A stretch of 64,000 nucleotides of DNA from Bugula neritina (GCA_964035545.1 OZ037770.1:12700642-12764641), one strand, 5' to 3'; numbered from the stretch's first letter, positions 11,260 through 25,800 are shown. Numbers and translations: made by a program. The notes: generated by a model not told the origin, from the sequence alone.

Positions 11260-13615
11260 TCAATAGTTATTTATAGTGGGCAACACACAACCAGTTACAG
11301 TTCTAAAGGATTCAGCTACTGTATAGCTAGAACCAAAACGTTCACGTAAAATTTCCTTTGCCTTACAATATGCATCATCACAATTTAGTAGGAAATATCC
11401 ACTAATTGCCTCCCTTGCACTACCTCCCGCATATTTTTTCAAATAATGAATTCTATCAGATTCAGGAATATTAGTTCTCTCAATAAGAGTTCTAAGGGAA
11501 ATTTCCCAATCAGCATACTCAAGAGGGTTGCCACAGAAAACTAGTGGTTCAGGTATGGGGAGACGATTTACATGCATAGCTTTAGTTATAGAATCTGCAA
11601 GGACATGTATATCACTGATATTGTTACTGCTCAAAGACTGCCCGTTACCTATTGCTGGATGCTCATTGTTTAAACTAGGTGCTATAACATTCAAATTTTC
11701 ACCTACAGCTACTCTTTCGAGAGGAGGAATGATTGGGTCGCCATGCAAAGAAATTACATCAAGAGCGTCTTCTATTTCCTCCCTCTCATCTACATCATAT
11801 TCTTCTAATACGTCACGCCTAACCATCATTCTTTGCTTTTTAGCTTCTAATTCGCTAGCTTGCAATTCTAATTGCATTGCATCTATTTGTGCTTTCAACT
11901 GTGCTTGCTTTCTTAAAGTTTCTAACTCTATATCAACATTTGCTGCTGCAAGTTTATTCTTAACCACTCGAATTGACCTATTACTTTTAGCGGAAATGCT
12001 ACTAGCCTTAGTTGAATGCTTAGGGCTTTGAACTTCAAGAGGAGGTGAGGCACTGTGTTGCCCTTGATCATTTTCAGTACTTTTTTGCATAGATTCAAGA
12101 ACTTTAGCCATTGTTTCTACTTGCTTAGCTACCTCACTAAGATCTTCACTACTACTGCTAGTTGGTAAATTGCCAAGAACATGCAGCTCGGTTTGAGCTT
12201 CTAAAACTGCGCTTTGCATCTCAGAAATATTTTCTGGATTATTAACTGGTTGACTTTTCAACAGCTTGTTAAATTTACGGATACAAGAATTTACAGACTT
12301 TAATCCTTTTACCAGCTCATTTTCTTGAGCCTTTTCAGATAAACCCCTAGTTCTGCTACTTTTCCTAGTTTCAGAAATACGGCTACCACTATGTATAGAA
12401 GACATGATTTTTGTTTCAAACACCACTTAAAACGTTACAACTAATTTGTCAAGTAATTACTAAGCAATTTTCCTAACCTATGAATTCATCAACCTAACAC
12501 CACCAGAAAATGCCAACTAATTAATTTCAACAATTAACAAGGAACCGACCTCACCCTCAATGCAAGGTCATCACATGCAATACAACAAAGGGACCAAATA
12601 ATACTCCTATACTAAGTTACTATAAGCCCTAGATTGCCTGGTATTTAAGAATATAATTGCTCACCCCTTCTTCTACTTCCGGAGTGAATGGAGGTTTCAA
12701 TTAATTCCAAATGAAATGTTAATGTTAATGCTGAAATTGTCCTCTTGGCTGAAGGTACGACTTCTTGGAAAGGAGTGGGTGGGTAGTAGGGAAAATGCTG
12801 CGAAATGGAACTTGACGGACTGCTATCTCTAGTTGGAGACGAGGACTTCACTGCCGACTCTCACAACCACTTGGAAAGGAATCTTTATTCTCTCACCACC
12901 ACTTGGAAGCAGCGCTTTACTGCTTCACCACTTGAGATAAAGTTTTTACTGTTGAGCAAGGTCTCGCCACAAAAATGGTTTTGGTACGGACTGAGAAGAA
13001 GTTTTAACAAATCTCTCACTTTTATTAATTTTCTTCTAAATCGTAAAAACTACAAGTAACATAAAGAATACATATAGGTGTGCTAAAACTCATACAATAC
13101 ATTTGTTCAAATACCAGCAAACATCACGATATAATATTAAAATATAACAGCAATAAAAATTGTAATAAAAGACATAAAGCATTATCAAGTTAAAAATAGC
13201 AAAGAATAATAATAAAATACCTTTATTCTCTTGACGAGCTTGCTATAATATCTTCAAAATTTAGCTCTTTGTCACTTAACTTAACAAAATAAGTAGCTCA
13301 GCTTAGGCTACATGAGTGACTGTCTTTTTGGAGTTTCAATGCTGCCTTAAATACCAGGGCAATCACAAAGAAAAGGTAATTACATCTAAATTTAGCTATA
13401 ATTAGGGTCAGCTAATTATGGGGCACATGTAATGACCTCATAAAGGAAGATGGATCAGTTCCTGTCAAACCCTAAAAGCTGACTTCAACAAAGGTGGCGG
13501 TTAGGCTTTACCTATAATTAGGCAGCTGACTGCTGCACAGGAGAATGAACTATCTAATAATAACAAATATCACCATTAAAAGCTAAAAATAAAAGTTCTA
13601 GTGGTATTTGTAACA
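11260..13615 (-). mobile_element. Truncated BEL/Pao LTR retrotransposon (putative 5' LTR 12950-13615 plus gag ORF 11260-12426; pol missing)
   Basis: The ORF has a coiled-coil region followed by LPIPEPLVFCGNPLEYADWEISLRTLIE...HYLKKYAGGSAREAISGY...AYCKAKEILRERFG, typical of BEL/Pao gag (DUF1759-like). The LTR candidate has TGTT...AACA termini. The ORF breaks off abruptly near 11300. Confidence 0.8.
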
Positions 13616-13803
13616 AGGGCTATCATGCTTCTTTGTTAGATCCTTTACACTATCAATCACTTGTCATACCATGTCACTATTTGCATGTTTGAGGGTGCAA
13701 AATAATCCAGGTTAGCAGTTAACTGATAAGCAAACACTGGAATACTGTAGATTCATATCACATCATAACTGTATTGCATCTCAGTAGTTCCTACTTGCAC
13801 ACC

Positions 13804-15162
13804 ATGGCTATGTGGACTATAAACGTTATGTTTTTGAAACACTGCATCTACCTGGTAATATACTCGCTGTTTCATTGCTGCCAGCTGGTCTCCTGGTGGC
13901 TGACAGGAGTTCAGAGTCATTTGAAGAGCTGCCAGAATGGAAAGAATTATGAGTCATCTGCTCAGCTACTCAAAGTTTGGAAGAATTCTGTAGGAAGAAT
14001 AGTAAATATTAATCTACGACATCACTTCTTGTCTACTCACATGAGGTTTGTTCATCCAATTTATGCTCTACAGAAACACATCACATTAATGACAGTAACT
14101 GATACAGAAGCTATTTTCAGTATTAGTGACTCGGATGAAGATGTTCTTGATGTTAGAAAGTACCCTTTTTTGTCTCTAATACAGCAGATAAAAACAAAAT
14201 ATCTTCTCATTATGCCTATAAGTTCCATGATCAAACTTGGTGAAGAGTTGGGAGACCCAAAAGCTAAAATAATATGGATTTACCACACTGGAAGGTGTGG
14301 ATCCACAGCTCTGTCTCAGGTCTTCAATTCTCTACCAGATGTTGTGTCAATATCTGAACCGTTGTGTTTATTCTCCTTAGAAATGGCGTTTAAAGAAAAG
14401 AGTTTGGGGAAAAAAGAAGTAGCTTATTTCAACTTAAAGAATTATCAAACAATATATAAAAACGCTGTCAGATTGATATTAAAACCGTATAAGAAAGAAG
14501 CCGATATCTTTGCCGTTAAGTCCCAAGCATATATGTCAAAAATTGACCTTCAGCTGATACCCAAACTGTTTCCAGAGTTTTGTGAAATTTTCATGTACCG
14601 CGGCATAAAAGAGCAAATTATCTCTATGTACAAACCAACCAGAGGTCTTCATCTACAAGGTGAAATCTCTTTAGCAGTTGCCAACAACCGTCTACTCTCC
14701 CGTCTTCTACCACCAGTTTATCCATCTACCGTACTTTTCGTCAGCTGTAGCAATCAACAGCATTTCAAATGGGTGTTCAAAAAAGAAAACTTGCTCAAGA
14801 GTGATGATTTCATCGTTGCTGTCATTCAGTTCGCCGAGGCGTGTTTTCATTACAAAGAAATGGTAGCTAAAGGTTCATCAGTAGTGGCAGTTAAGTACGA
14901 ACATCTCCGAGATGACAATACTAAATTCTTTGAGGTGTTATTCAATCACGTAGGAATGGAGCTGACAGCAGAGAGAAAAAGGTTGATAGACAAGGCTTTA
15001 AGCGAAGACAGTCAAAAAGGTACAATCCTTGACAGAAAACTAATGAAGGTTATACAGATAGAGATTACGCCCGCGATGATAGATAGTGCAAATGATTATC
15101 TGAATTACTACGGCTTGCCGAGTTGGGGTGAACATTTGACCCTCCCAAACACTATCAGTTAA
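13804..15162 (+). CDS. Sulfotransferase-family protein, paralog 2, intronless
   Basis: IYHTGRCGST, SISEP, FMYR and VKYEHL motifs with a hydrophobic N-terminus. First ATG is at 13804; the ORF track starts at a TTG at 13774. Confidence 0.78.
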   Translation: MAMWTINVMFLKHCIYLVIYSLFHCCQLVSWWLTGVQSHLKSCQNGKNYESSAQLLKVWKNSVGRIVNINLRHHFLSTHMRFVHPIYALQKHITLMTVTDTEAIFSISDSDEDVLDVRKYPFLSLIQQIKTKYLLIMPISSMIKLGEELGDPKAKIIWIYHTGRCGSTALSQVFNSLPDVVSISEPLCLFSLEMAFKEKSLGKKEVAYFNLKNYQTIYKNAVRLILKPYKKEADIFAVKSQAYMSKIDLQLIPKLFPEFCEIFMYRGIKEQIISMYKPTRGLHLQGEISLAVANNRLLSRLLPPVYPSTVLFVSCSNQQHFKWVFKKENLLKSDDFIVAVIQFAEACFHYKEMVAKGSSVVAVKYEHLRDDNTKFFEVLFNHVGMELTAERKRLIDKALSEDSQKGTILDRKLMKVIQIEITPAMIDSANDYLNYYGLPSWGEHLTLPNTIS

Positions 15163-16157
15163 AAATGACCTTGAATGATCATGTCTATTTCTTATGTAAT
15201 AGGACCATATTATAGTTACCTTTTCAAAGAAAAAATTAAAATATGCAGTGTGTGATATTAAAATATTTTTATGTTGATTTAATACACAAATAAGTTATGA
15301 TAAATGTAAGCTGTAGTCTGATAAAACAGATAAGATAAACTTTTTATTATATTTATATTGTATTAATGTCTAGATTAATTTAGTGTTCAGATTTTTCAAG
15401 TGGAAGCAAAAATTTCTATAATGCACTTTATAAACTAAACTTTAAACTGTGCTATGCAAAGATTAAGGCATCAAATTATTGTAACTAATATTTGATTCAA
15501 AAATTATTTTTTATTTTTTTAACATAATGCTCAATAAGTATTTTAAATATTTAAAATAATACTATGTAACACTGCAATGATTAACATGTAGTAAATATTA
15601 AATATAAATTTGAAGTCTTTAGAATCAGAAATCTGCTAATAAGTCACATTTTAATATTTTTAAAGGAGAATTTACTGCCAAGATAATTTAGCATATGTAA
15701 CAACATGATGCAAACTCTCATATAGCTTTCAATGCATATCTATTGTTTTGATTGATATATAATTAGTTGTAATAGTTGCTACTGTATCCATTTTTCAAAT
15801 CATAAAGTAAAGTAGCAGACAACTTATTTTGATTGGCTGGCAATCACAGCACAACTTTTATTGGACATATAGTTATTACTTGCTTGTGGCACTTTCGACC
15901 TTGAAACTAAAGTAGTATAACTGTATTGCTTTCCTCAGATAAAACAAGCTGCAGCTTATCATGTTAATATCAAATATCACTTATAATTATAGGATGACAT
16001 GTTTAAGTTTGTTGCATAACAGTATTAGGTTAACTTTTGTTTTGCACAGTTATAAAAACTCACAGCAAGTTTATAGTAGTTTTCATTGTAAGAAACCCCA
16101 GATAGAAAGAGTTTGTGTTAAAGCGGTCTAAGGACTTATTTTAGATGAGGCACAGGA

Positions 16158-16268
16158 GCAATTATGGCTGGGTGCTCTTCCTAACATCACCAATGGCCTT
16201 TGTGTGGGCTCGAACCCATTACTTCGTACTTACTAGGCAAACACTCTAACCCCTAGTCCGCGGCTGCT
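16158..16268 (-). mobile_element. tRNA-derived SINE (second family); related copies at ~37125-37240 (minus) and 5'-truncated at 3612-3685 (plus)
   Basis: The minus strand reads AGCAGCCGCGGACTAGGGGTTAGAGTGTTTGCCTAGTAA...GGGTTCGAGCCC (A-box and B-box like). A dispersed diverged copy at 37125-37240 shares CAATTATG.CTGG...CACCAATGGC...TTACTAGGCAAAC...CGGCTGCT. Confidence 0.6.
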
Positions 16269-17424
16269 CTTTTGTTTTGCACAGCTATAGACTGAGTTCT
16301 ATTGGGGAATGCTCACTGATGAGAAACATCTGTGTAGTTGTATTATATGATGAGGAATGAGCTAGGTGAAATTGTTTATGTAATGTGTGGGTAATGAAGA
16401 GAGTGTAGCTTTTCATTGAGCTAAACTAATAAATCATGCCATCAATCAATTACTTCATCCAATTGTCCAGAATAATTGATTTTATAGAGAGAATGCATGT
16501 AAGCTCTGTAAAATAATCACCCTCACTGGGATTCGAACCACAGACCACCGGTCATGCAAGCAGGCGCGCTAAGCCATTACACTGCAGGGGCCGCTGGAAA
16601 CACACAAAACTACAAGCTGTATACCGCTTTATTGAACTGTACAGTTCCTCTAACTGTGCAAGTGCAGTGAAACAAAATTTAAACCAGTATTGACTCTGTG
16701 AGTTAGTAGTTTAAACTCAAGTATCTTTTTAGTTTACTAATTTTGATTTGCTCAAGCTCTAAGAGTTGCCCTCACATGCAAGGTTGCAACTTCTGCTTAT
16801 TGACTCACAGGCTAAATTGACAAACTGCAGTGAAATTACTAAATTCTTATGATCCAATATGAAGTTTAAGGTGTTAGAGGTGTAAAATATCAGAACTCGT
16901 TTCAACACAGTCATGACCCAGAATAAGTGACTAAATATTTGAACAGTAGATTAAGGGTTATGATAAGCAAGTGTTTTGATGAGGTGGAAGATAGAAAATG
17001 GTTTTTATGATTTGATATTGTGTAATTTTATTGACAATTCTGAAACTTATTCCTGAGAAGCTATAACAAAAATAAATACTGCTAAGTGATCAAATAAAGC
17101 TACTACTATAAACACAATATATATTTGATTGTGGACTCTTACATAATGCAAACAAAATACTGGGTGAAAATTTTATGCCATAAATATTTACTAATCGCCA
17201 ATAATACATTGAAATGACTGCATCATTCATCAATCTACAAATGTACAAGTATACAAACTTTTCCCTGCATATTTTTACCTTATAAAAGCACATCAATAAA
17301 TTAAAAAGAATTAGAATAATTTAAATAAAGACATAAAAAAGTTAAAACAATAACAAAGTCAACTAAAATCATATAGCTTTCTAGAATCATTTGATTCAGC
17401 AATTAATAGAGAAATTAATTTGAA

Positions 17425-18798
17425 TTACTGCAGCACCTTACTGATTGTGTTAGGAAGCAACAATGACTCACCCCAGCTTGGAAGATCGTAGTACTGCAGA
17501 CGATAAATTGCATTTGCTATCATAGCTGGTGTAATGTTAGTCTTTCTGAGGAATTTCATAGTTTCCTGATCAATAATACTTCCCTTCTGACTATCCTCAA
17601 TCAACGCTTCATCTATCAACCTCATTTTCTCTGATGTCATCTCCAATCCCACGTGACCAAACAATGCTTTAAAGAACGTGACTTTGTCTTCTTGTAGATG
17701 TTCGTATTTAACTGCCACAACTGGTAGACCTTTAGCTACTGCCTCATTGTAATGAAAACATGTCTCCGCAAAATGTATAACAGTAATGATGAAGTCAACG
17801 CTTTCTGCCATATTCTTTTTGTTAAACAACCATTGCACGTGTTTCGGGTCGTTGCAACTGACGTCTACCAAACTAGACGGCCGGATAGTTGGAAAAAGTG
17901 CAGACAAAAGCGGATGAGTGGCAACACAAAGAGAGATTTCTGCTTGCAAATTGCCGCCATTTAGTGGCTTGTACATGGACGGAATTTGTTCTTTTATGTC
18001 ACGGTACATGAATACTTCATAGAATGAGGGAAACAATTTGTGTATTAACTGAATATCAATTTTCGACATATAAGCGTGTGATTTGATGGCAAAAACTTTG
18101 GCATCTTTGAACGTGGGTTTGAGAAGCAGCCGTACAGCATTCTTATAGAGCATGAGATACTCTCCAGAGGTTGTCCAGAGCTGTTTCTTCTGAGAATAAT
18201 ACTTGTTTTTGAAATGTTGTTCTAGAGTAAACAGGCAGTTTGGTTCAGATATTGACACAACATCTGGTAGAGAATTGAAGACCTGAGACAGAGCTGTGGA
18301 CCCACATCTTCCAGTATGATAAATCCATATCACTTTAGCTGTTGGGTCTCCCAACTCTTCACCAAGTTTGACCATGGAACTTATAGGCATGATGAGAAGA
18401 TATTTGGCTGTTGGGAGTTGAGCCAAAAAAAGAAATGGCCATTTTCTGACATTATATACATCTTCGCTTTTATCAGAGATACTGAAGATAGCTTCTTTGT
18501 CAGTTACTGTCATTAATGTGATGTGTTTCTGTAGAGCATAATTTGGATGAACAAACCTCCCGTGAGTAGACAGGAAATGATGTCGTAGGTTAACATTTAC
18601 TATCCTTCCAGTACATTTAATCCAAACTCTGAGCAGCTGAGCAGACGACTCATAATTTTCTCCATTCCGGCAGCTCTTCAAGTGACTCTGAACTCCTGTC
18701 AGCCACCAGGAGATCAGCTGGCAGCAACGAAACAGAGAGTATATCACTAGGTAGATGCAGTATATTAAGAACAGAATGTTGACAATATATACAGCCAT
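17425..18798 (-). CDS. Sulfotransferase-family protein, paralog 3 (more diverged), intronless CDS
   Basis: 457-aa ORF with IYHTGRCGST, SISEP, FMYR and VKYEHL. The N-terminal part is close to paralogs 1 and 2 and the C-terminal half is more diverged. A probable 5'UTR intron has a donor near 19118 and an acceptor near 18807. Confidence 0.8.
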   Translation of the reverse strand: MAVYIVNILFLIYCIYLVIYSLFRCCQLISWWLTGVQSHLKSCRNGENYESSAQLLRVWIKCTGRIVNVNLRHHFLSTHGRFVHPNYALQKHITLMTVTDKEAIFSISDKSEDVYNVRKWPFLFLAQLPTAKYLLIMPISSMVKLGEELGDPTAKVIWIYHTGRCGSTALSQVFNSLPDVVSISEPNCLFTLEQHFKNKYYSQKKQLWTTSGEYLMLYKNAVRLLLKPTFKDAKVFAIKSHAYMSKIDIQLIHKLFPSFYEVFMYRDIKEQIPSMYKPLNGGNLQAEISLCVATHPLLSALFPTIRPSSLVDVSCNDPKHVQWLFNKKNMAESVDFIITVIHFAETCFHYNEAVAKGLPVVAVKYEHLQEDKVTFFKALFGHVGLEMTSEKMRLIDEALIEDSQKGSIIDQETMKFLRKTNITPAMIANAIYRLQYYDLPSWGESLLLPNTISKVLQ

Positions 18799-21700
18799 AA
18801 CTTGACCTGCTAGTTACTGCAGTGATAAATATTAATGAGCTGTGAATGGCCTTTTATTGACCTGATAATTATATAATGCATAGTTTAAGTCTGTCTACTT
18901 TGTTCAAAGGTTGTATGCTTGTATAACTGTTTTGTAATACTCTTACATTCAAGCACGTGCTTTGTTTATGACTTCGGGACTACTGCCATGTGCAAAGGCT
19001 GCAATTGCTAGATGCTATAGTAAAAGATAAAATGTGGATATGTAAGCCTTATCACGAGAATAGATATTATCAAGGTTAAATATCCGCCAAGGGTCTGCAT
19101 GATGTAGCCTATACTTACCGTACAAAGGAGAAATTGCTGTAGTGCATTACATTAGCCAGTGACCTTGAGCCTAAAGTCTAATTTGGTACCAACATTGTTG
19201 AACTCCAGTAGTTCTGGCTCAACTAAATAATTTATAATGTCTTTTAACTGAGTTGATTGGTGAAAAGGCTTTTATGCAAGTGAGGCTTGAACCACGGCAG
19301 TAAATCTGCAGATTTCCAAAGGTTTAAGTTTTACCCCCAAAATATTGAAATTGGTATTTAAATTGATACAACTGTTAGCTATAAAGTAGTCAAGTTGCTC
19401 AAGTAAGCACTGCCACTCAAGTTTTATGATATGTTTGGAACATCTATCAGTTATTGGACTACAAGAGCTATAATTGTTGTATCATTTAAAATACTACAGT
19501 TTTTGAATTCAGGGTTATTCAATGCAGTATTTTAAAGCGTTTGTTGCTTACACAAAGTATTTCACAACTTTTATTGTTTATTTAATTATCATGTAGCACA
19601 GTTTCTAGCTCTTGGATATCATTTGCTCGCATTGAGTTCTCTAAAATATATATACTGCATGTTAATTGATTATACTGGTATTCAGCAAGCGATTTTAGTA
19701 ATATTTAATTATTATATTTATTTATACAAAATATTAGTTATGCATGTAGAAAGGTAAAAAGTAAATATAAATTAATATGACAAAAAATAAAGAATTTACA
19801 GTAATACACCAAGAATTTTGATGGCAAAATAACTTTGAGTTCAAACTAGTCAGCATAAAAAAGTAAATATTTTCTCAGCTTTATTCATGAGTTATAGATT
19901 ATCAGCCAATGCCTCCGCAATATCTGATTATCAAATCAATGAGCAAAGAACAAGAATGAATTTGAGTAAACTTGTATGATAGGACACATATAACTAATAG
20001 CTCAGTACTGAATATGCTTACATGCATGACATGTATATATACATCATGAAATGCTTTTATCAACAATTTAATGAATAATAAATCCAAAAGACATCATTAA
20101 AGTTTTCAGTTTAAATCTTTTGAAAACATATTTATCACTGAAGTCTAAAATATAAGAACTATAAATACAATCTTATAGAAAGATAAGCTGCTCCAATGAT
20201 TGTCTAAATGTTACTTAACTTGTATATCTTTTAAAAACAATTTGTTTTTCTACACCTTAGAATACTTTTACAAATATTTACCAGACAAATAAAACTTGAC
20301 CTTTCTAATGATATAAAACTACAAGTAGTAGAAAGTGCAAAGATAGAATAACTCTAAAACTAAAATAAATATACAAAATAATTCAAATTTTTATAAAACT
20401 ATTTATAAATACTGAGAGAGAATGTAACTATATTGCATGTCCCGGTAGAGCCATCATGGTGAAGTAAGAGTCACGCAAACTGAGTCCAATTCCTCCATTT
20501 TCACAGCTAAAATAAGCCAACATAATTTTCTACTCTCACTATTTAGACATAAACAACTAGATAAGAGTCAACTAAGCAGTGGAGAGCATTAACCACTATC
20601 AATAGTAGCTTCAGCAGCAGAAAGTAGAATATTGTTATCATAGTGTCATATTTTTTGACAGGAAAATTATATTTTTGTCATCAAACTTCACAACTAATTC
20701 ACAAAACTTGGAGTTGTGCCAAAAAGTTAGTCCTAATTACTGACTAGCTGAAAGCTGGTGATGTGAGCCCTGGTCAAAATATCAAACTGAAAAATCTCAG
20801 CATTTGCTTTTTCCAATGAAACATTTTAGCGCAAGAAACTATACTCTAGTAAAATAAGCATCTTCTCCAAAAATATCCAAAAGATTAATCTTTGGTTCTC
20901 TGACAGTAAAGCGTAATGATTCTATAAAATAAACATCTGACAGGTTAGAATTCTACTAGATATATTATAAATAATGATGTAACAACTGCATCCTTGAATA
21001 AATAATCAGAAACTTTGAAGTACAACAATTTTAGCTACCACAAGGCTCAAGGCTAACTCAAGTGCCTACAGTATAACTATTGTGATAACTGAATGTCTAC
21101 TGTAAGCTTATTTGGCCAATTACCAGTCAAATTAGAGAATTATTATAAAAGTTGCTGGAGAAAAACCCATTCAATCTCACTTTATTTCAAAATACATCGA
21201 AAGCTCATTGCTTACCAGCATAATTATAAAGTCATATAGACTTCTGTAGAAGCTTTACTACTTAACAACTGCTATGTAATCAAAAGGCTTGCTAAATATA
21301 TTAACAGGCTTATGGAATTTTTCGAAGATAAAATAACTTCCAACAATGCAAGAAAAGCTCATTGAAAAAAAGCATAATTTGAACATCATTGAACTTCTAA
21401 CTGTTGCATTTACATATAATAGAATTTTATTTTTCAATGTAAGTATATTTCCTGTGGTTCCACTGAGTAAATTCAACTAAAGGTTTTCCCAAAAGTTTAG
21501 TATCAGGAGAAGACAACTTACCCTGAATACTGGCATGCTGCTGCTTGACCACCACAAAAACCAGATTCTACAAGTATTAACACATCTCTTACAGAATAAA
21601 ATCTATACAGAAACAATCAACACCATTTCAACAGAAAATTAATTAAAAAAATTAATTATATTTGTATAATTCCATATGATTGAACCCAGTGACCTAATCA

Positions 21701-22847
21701 GCAGTAATCAATATCAGTGAAAGTGGACATAGTATAACTGCTATTGGATTTACTTGTGATCAGATTTTTTAAAAAAGCTTAAAATTAATGTTTTTCAAAA
21801 GATTTGACTCGAAAAAAACTTTCTTCAAACCTCAATATTAGTTTAAAGTCAGCCAAAACTTGTGATAGTTAGGATTTACCCCCACATGTTTTGACGTAAG
21901 GTCAACTATTGTTTTACAATTTTAAGCACTCCATAAGTTTACACAGAAATGACAAGTTATAAAAGGATGTTCAATTTCAATTCACTTCAACACAACACCA
22001 CTCTGTGCTTACCGTTCATTGCAATAAAACTAGTGAGCTGATCATATTATACATGGTATTCAGGTGTTAGAACTAATAAGAGATGTGTTCTAGTGAAACT
22101 TCTCGCAACCCAAATATACTTTGAACTAACATGTGTCCTGTCCCTTTCCTTCACATAGCTAAACTGTATAAATATTTATTTATCACTGAAATCTAAAGTT
22201 AGTGAAAGCTATTTGAAATATTTTGCAGCAGTCTGATTACAACAGAATACCCTGAAAGCTGATAAACATATTATGTTTGAGCTTTAACCTGAGTGGGCTG
22301 TAATAAATTATAATTTAATGTCAACATAGTTTTCTTTATATTTTACAGCATTTTGTGCTCTTCTATTAGTCATGTTAAAATTGAATTCGCAATGATGGTA
22401 AACCTAGTGAACACTAATAGTTTTGAATCTATTAAATTTCAATACATAGTGTTAAAAAGGTAACAAACTTGCCATTTGTGCCGTGCAGTACCGCAGCAAC
22501 TAAGCCAACAAATGCTGTTGGGCACACCAAGTAGTAGTTAGTAGCATGTAGTAAATTGACATTAATTAGTAGAAATTGAGAAAGCAACTCCCAACTAACT
22601 TAAAAGTAAACTATAAAATTTTCATTGGCCAAACATACTATATTTATCTGATATAATCCTAAAGGAGTTGCTATTAGATAATTAGTGTTTTCCATCTCTT
22701 TCTAGTAAATAATAACTAAGTTAGACTTACATACTGAATTGACCTACACACTAAGTTGAATGAAAAATATAAAATATAACACCATGTCTAATACCTTTAC
22801 TATATTGACATCATAACACATTATGAATATAACAGTATATCTAATAC

Positions 22848-25800
22848 CTTTACTATATTGACATCATTGCTGTTAGCTAGTCCCAGTTTCTTTTTTATGT
22901 CTTCATCACTTATTTTAGATTCAGTCTGAAGAATTGAATGCAGCAGCTTGGCTTTACATGCAATCTCCATCATCAGGCTAACAATAAACAGTGAATAATC
23001 AATAAACAATCAATAAATAATCAATAACACTGCGTATTATAACTCTGTATACCATGAAATATTAGAACGTTAGTATACAGGTACATTGATCGTGAGTTAT
23101 CATAATATTATAACGCTGCAGTCACTGTGCAGGTATTTATTTGATATCTACTGAATTTCACCAGAGATAGTCAGGTATAGATGCCTCTGTGCTCAGTATT
23201 CCCATATTTAAGGATTGCAAAAAGAGGACAAATCCAAAATGTACTTTGATATCATACCTACTTAAAAGCCACCCTAGTGGTTGAGCTAAATATAGTTTTA
23301 AACAAAGCTATGGACACAATGAAACAAGAGAAACTAAACAGAAACTTGCAGTAAAATGGCAAGACTCGCTCAATCAATTTGAAATGCTAAATTATATTTT
23401 GTATCGGTATAAATAAGTTAGAGTCAGACTAAGGTATCAACGTGGTGTTATCTTTACATTGAGTCACTTTCAGTACCTTTTAACAAGACCTGAGAAATAC
23501 GGCTGTCTGTGTTTCTTCTTCCTGTAGAATAGGTCTAGTAGCCCCTTCTCCTTAGCCCGGGGACCCTGAAATTATACAGACCACTACACAAATGAATCAT
23601 GTGATATTTCACCTGAGTTAAGGCTAAATTCTGTGACATTGACCATGTTTAATGAGCTGACACTCCTGACACTTCAGTTCCCTGCAGTGACACTTGACTA
23701 TTAGTGAGCACAGGTGACTTGATTCTGATTGGATATGATTAATTCTACATATTGGAGGTAATTGCAGAGCAAATTGAATACTCATGAAATCAGGCTTCTG
23801 TAATAAGATAGTTACATAGTAGAGCTCGCCTCATAGGCTGTTGCTATGTTATCTAATAGTAGGACTCAACTGATTGGCTGTTGCTATGTTATCTAATAGT
23901 AGGACTCACCTGAGGCTGGTCACATGTCATCTAATAGTAGAACTTACCTGATTGGCTGTTGCTAAGCTATCTAATAGTAGGACTCACCTGATAGGCCGGC
24001 CCGATGTAATGCTTGATATTAATGTTATACACGGAGGAACAAACTTTAAGACTGTCAGGGAGGTGAGCTGATCTGGCAGATGTAACGACGCACGTGATTG
24101 GATAACGGAAGATAGACTTGAAGGACACAGGACTGTCACCGCACCAATACCCTATTCTCAAGGACTTCCTGTATGATATAATACAATATACTCACACAGC
24201 GCATACTCTACACATTGTTATTGGAAATATTCAGTTAGAGTAAAGTCTATGAATACTAAAATTAGATTAAAATTACAAAATTAAAAAATGTTTGAATATT
24301 AAAGACTTAGTTAAAATAATTTCAACACATTTGTTAACCTTTATATACATACGAATATTTAAATTCTAAAAATGATCTTTATTCAAAACTTTAATATTTC
24401 CAAGTTTCTCCAAACTAAACTCAACTAATAAATTATAGTGCAGCATAATATATTATAGAATCATACAATATAGTATAACATAATAGTGCAATATCTCACA
24501 ATATAAGATAATGCAGTGTAATAAATTATAATACATTATACTATAATATAATGTAGTTTACTAAATTACAATGCAGTATATTATAATATTACCAGAGTAT
24601 AATATAATTTAACACATTGTGGTTTAATGTATTACAAAATAATACAATATAGCAAATATTTAATATAAAATAATATGATATAATGCACTATCTTAAAATA
24701 TCATATAATATAATGCAATATAATGCAATACCTTTACTATGTACTAAGTTATAATAAAGTTTAACATAGTATAACATAATAGTATAATATAATGCAACAT
24801 AGTGTAGTTTATATATTCTAAAATAACATAATCCAATAAACACTCACGGTCTACTGTTTGGTAGAAATGAAGAAAGTGTTTCAGCTATTGACTCAGCCTT
24901 AGTCCTATCTGTGGCCAGTAATATGAGTGGTTGACCAGCCAGCACACAGAATAGAAGGTCTCTCACATGCTGTTTGTGTTCAGATATGAGAGTCCTGAGG
25001 CCTGGGAGAAGAAGATATTCGTATATAAGGTATGGAGGTACCACCTAACTCTTTATTGAGACACTCTAGAAGGTTCTCTATATTTCATAGCATTGTTTGG
25101 AAATTTTGAGAATCAATTAATACAGAGGAATCAAATGCATCTATACATTCACGATTTTTAGTCAAAAACTAAATTAGGCCGTGTGGAGGATTCCGTTGAG
25201 TTGTCTTGCAAATTACACAATCAACTTGGCAAAACTGCGCACACAAAATGCATCACTATTACCCACATACCATGAAATAATTTACCATAAAACTGCTGGT
25301 GATTTTACTGAAAATATTTTGACTTCTATACTAATGAACAATTTGAAGAAAGGCAGTAGAGCATGTTTTAAACTGTGCCTTAACAATTTGGTGTAAATAA
25401 ATAAGGCACAAGTCAACATAATATTCACATTGTAATAATAATATAGCAAAGCAGTGGAGAATACTCTTCTACACTCATGTTTGGGTGGTATAGCAGGGAC
25501 CCGTTTTCTACATGATAGTATATACAGGAACACCGCAATAGTTTTATAAACAAATCAGAGGATGGGTAAGAATACACACCGGGAATTGTCTCAGGAACTA
25601 CTGTATGGTGGTCAAAGTTTATCATACATTTACCAGCATCTTCTCCATCGAACCTGTAAGTAAACCAGAGCAGAATAAAACGGGATGAAATCAACAATTT
25701 GAAAGGAGAATTTTCAGGAAAATTTATTTAGTAGAACTCATCAGTTGGCTGTATTATCAGAGATAATTCATGAGTATATAACATAAATCTACTTTATAGC

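Noticed and set aside
24430-24830. Patterned AT-rich tract (ATAAT/ATGCA-like)
   Set aside because: It is an ordinary degenerate intronic low-complexity sequence.
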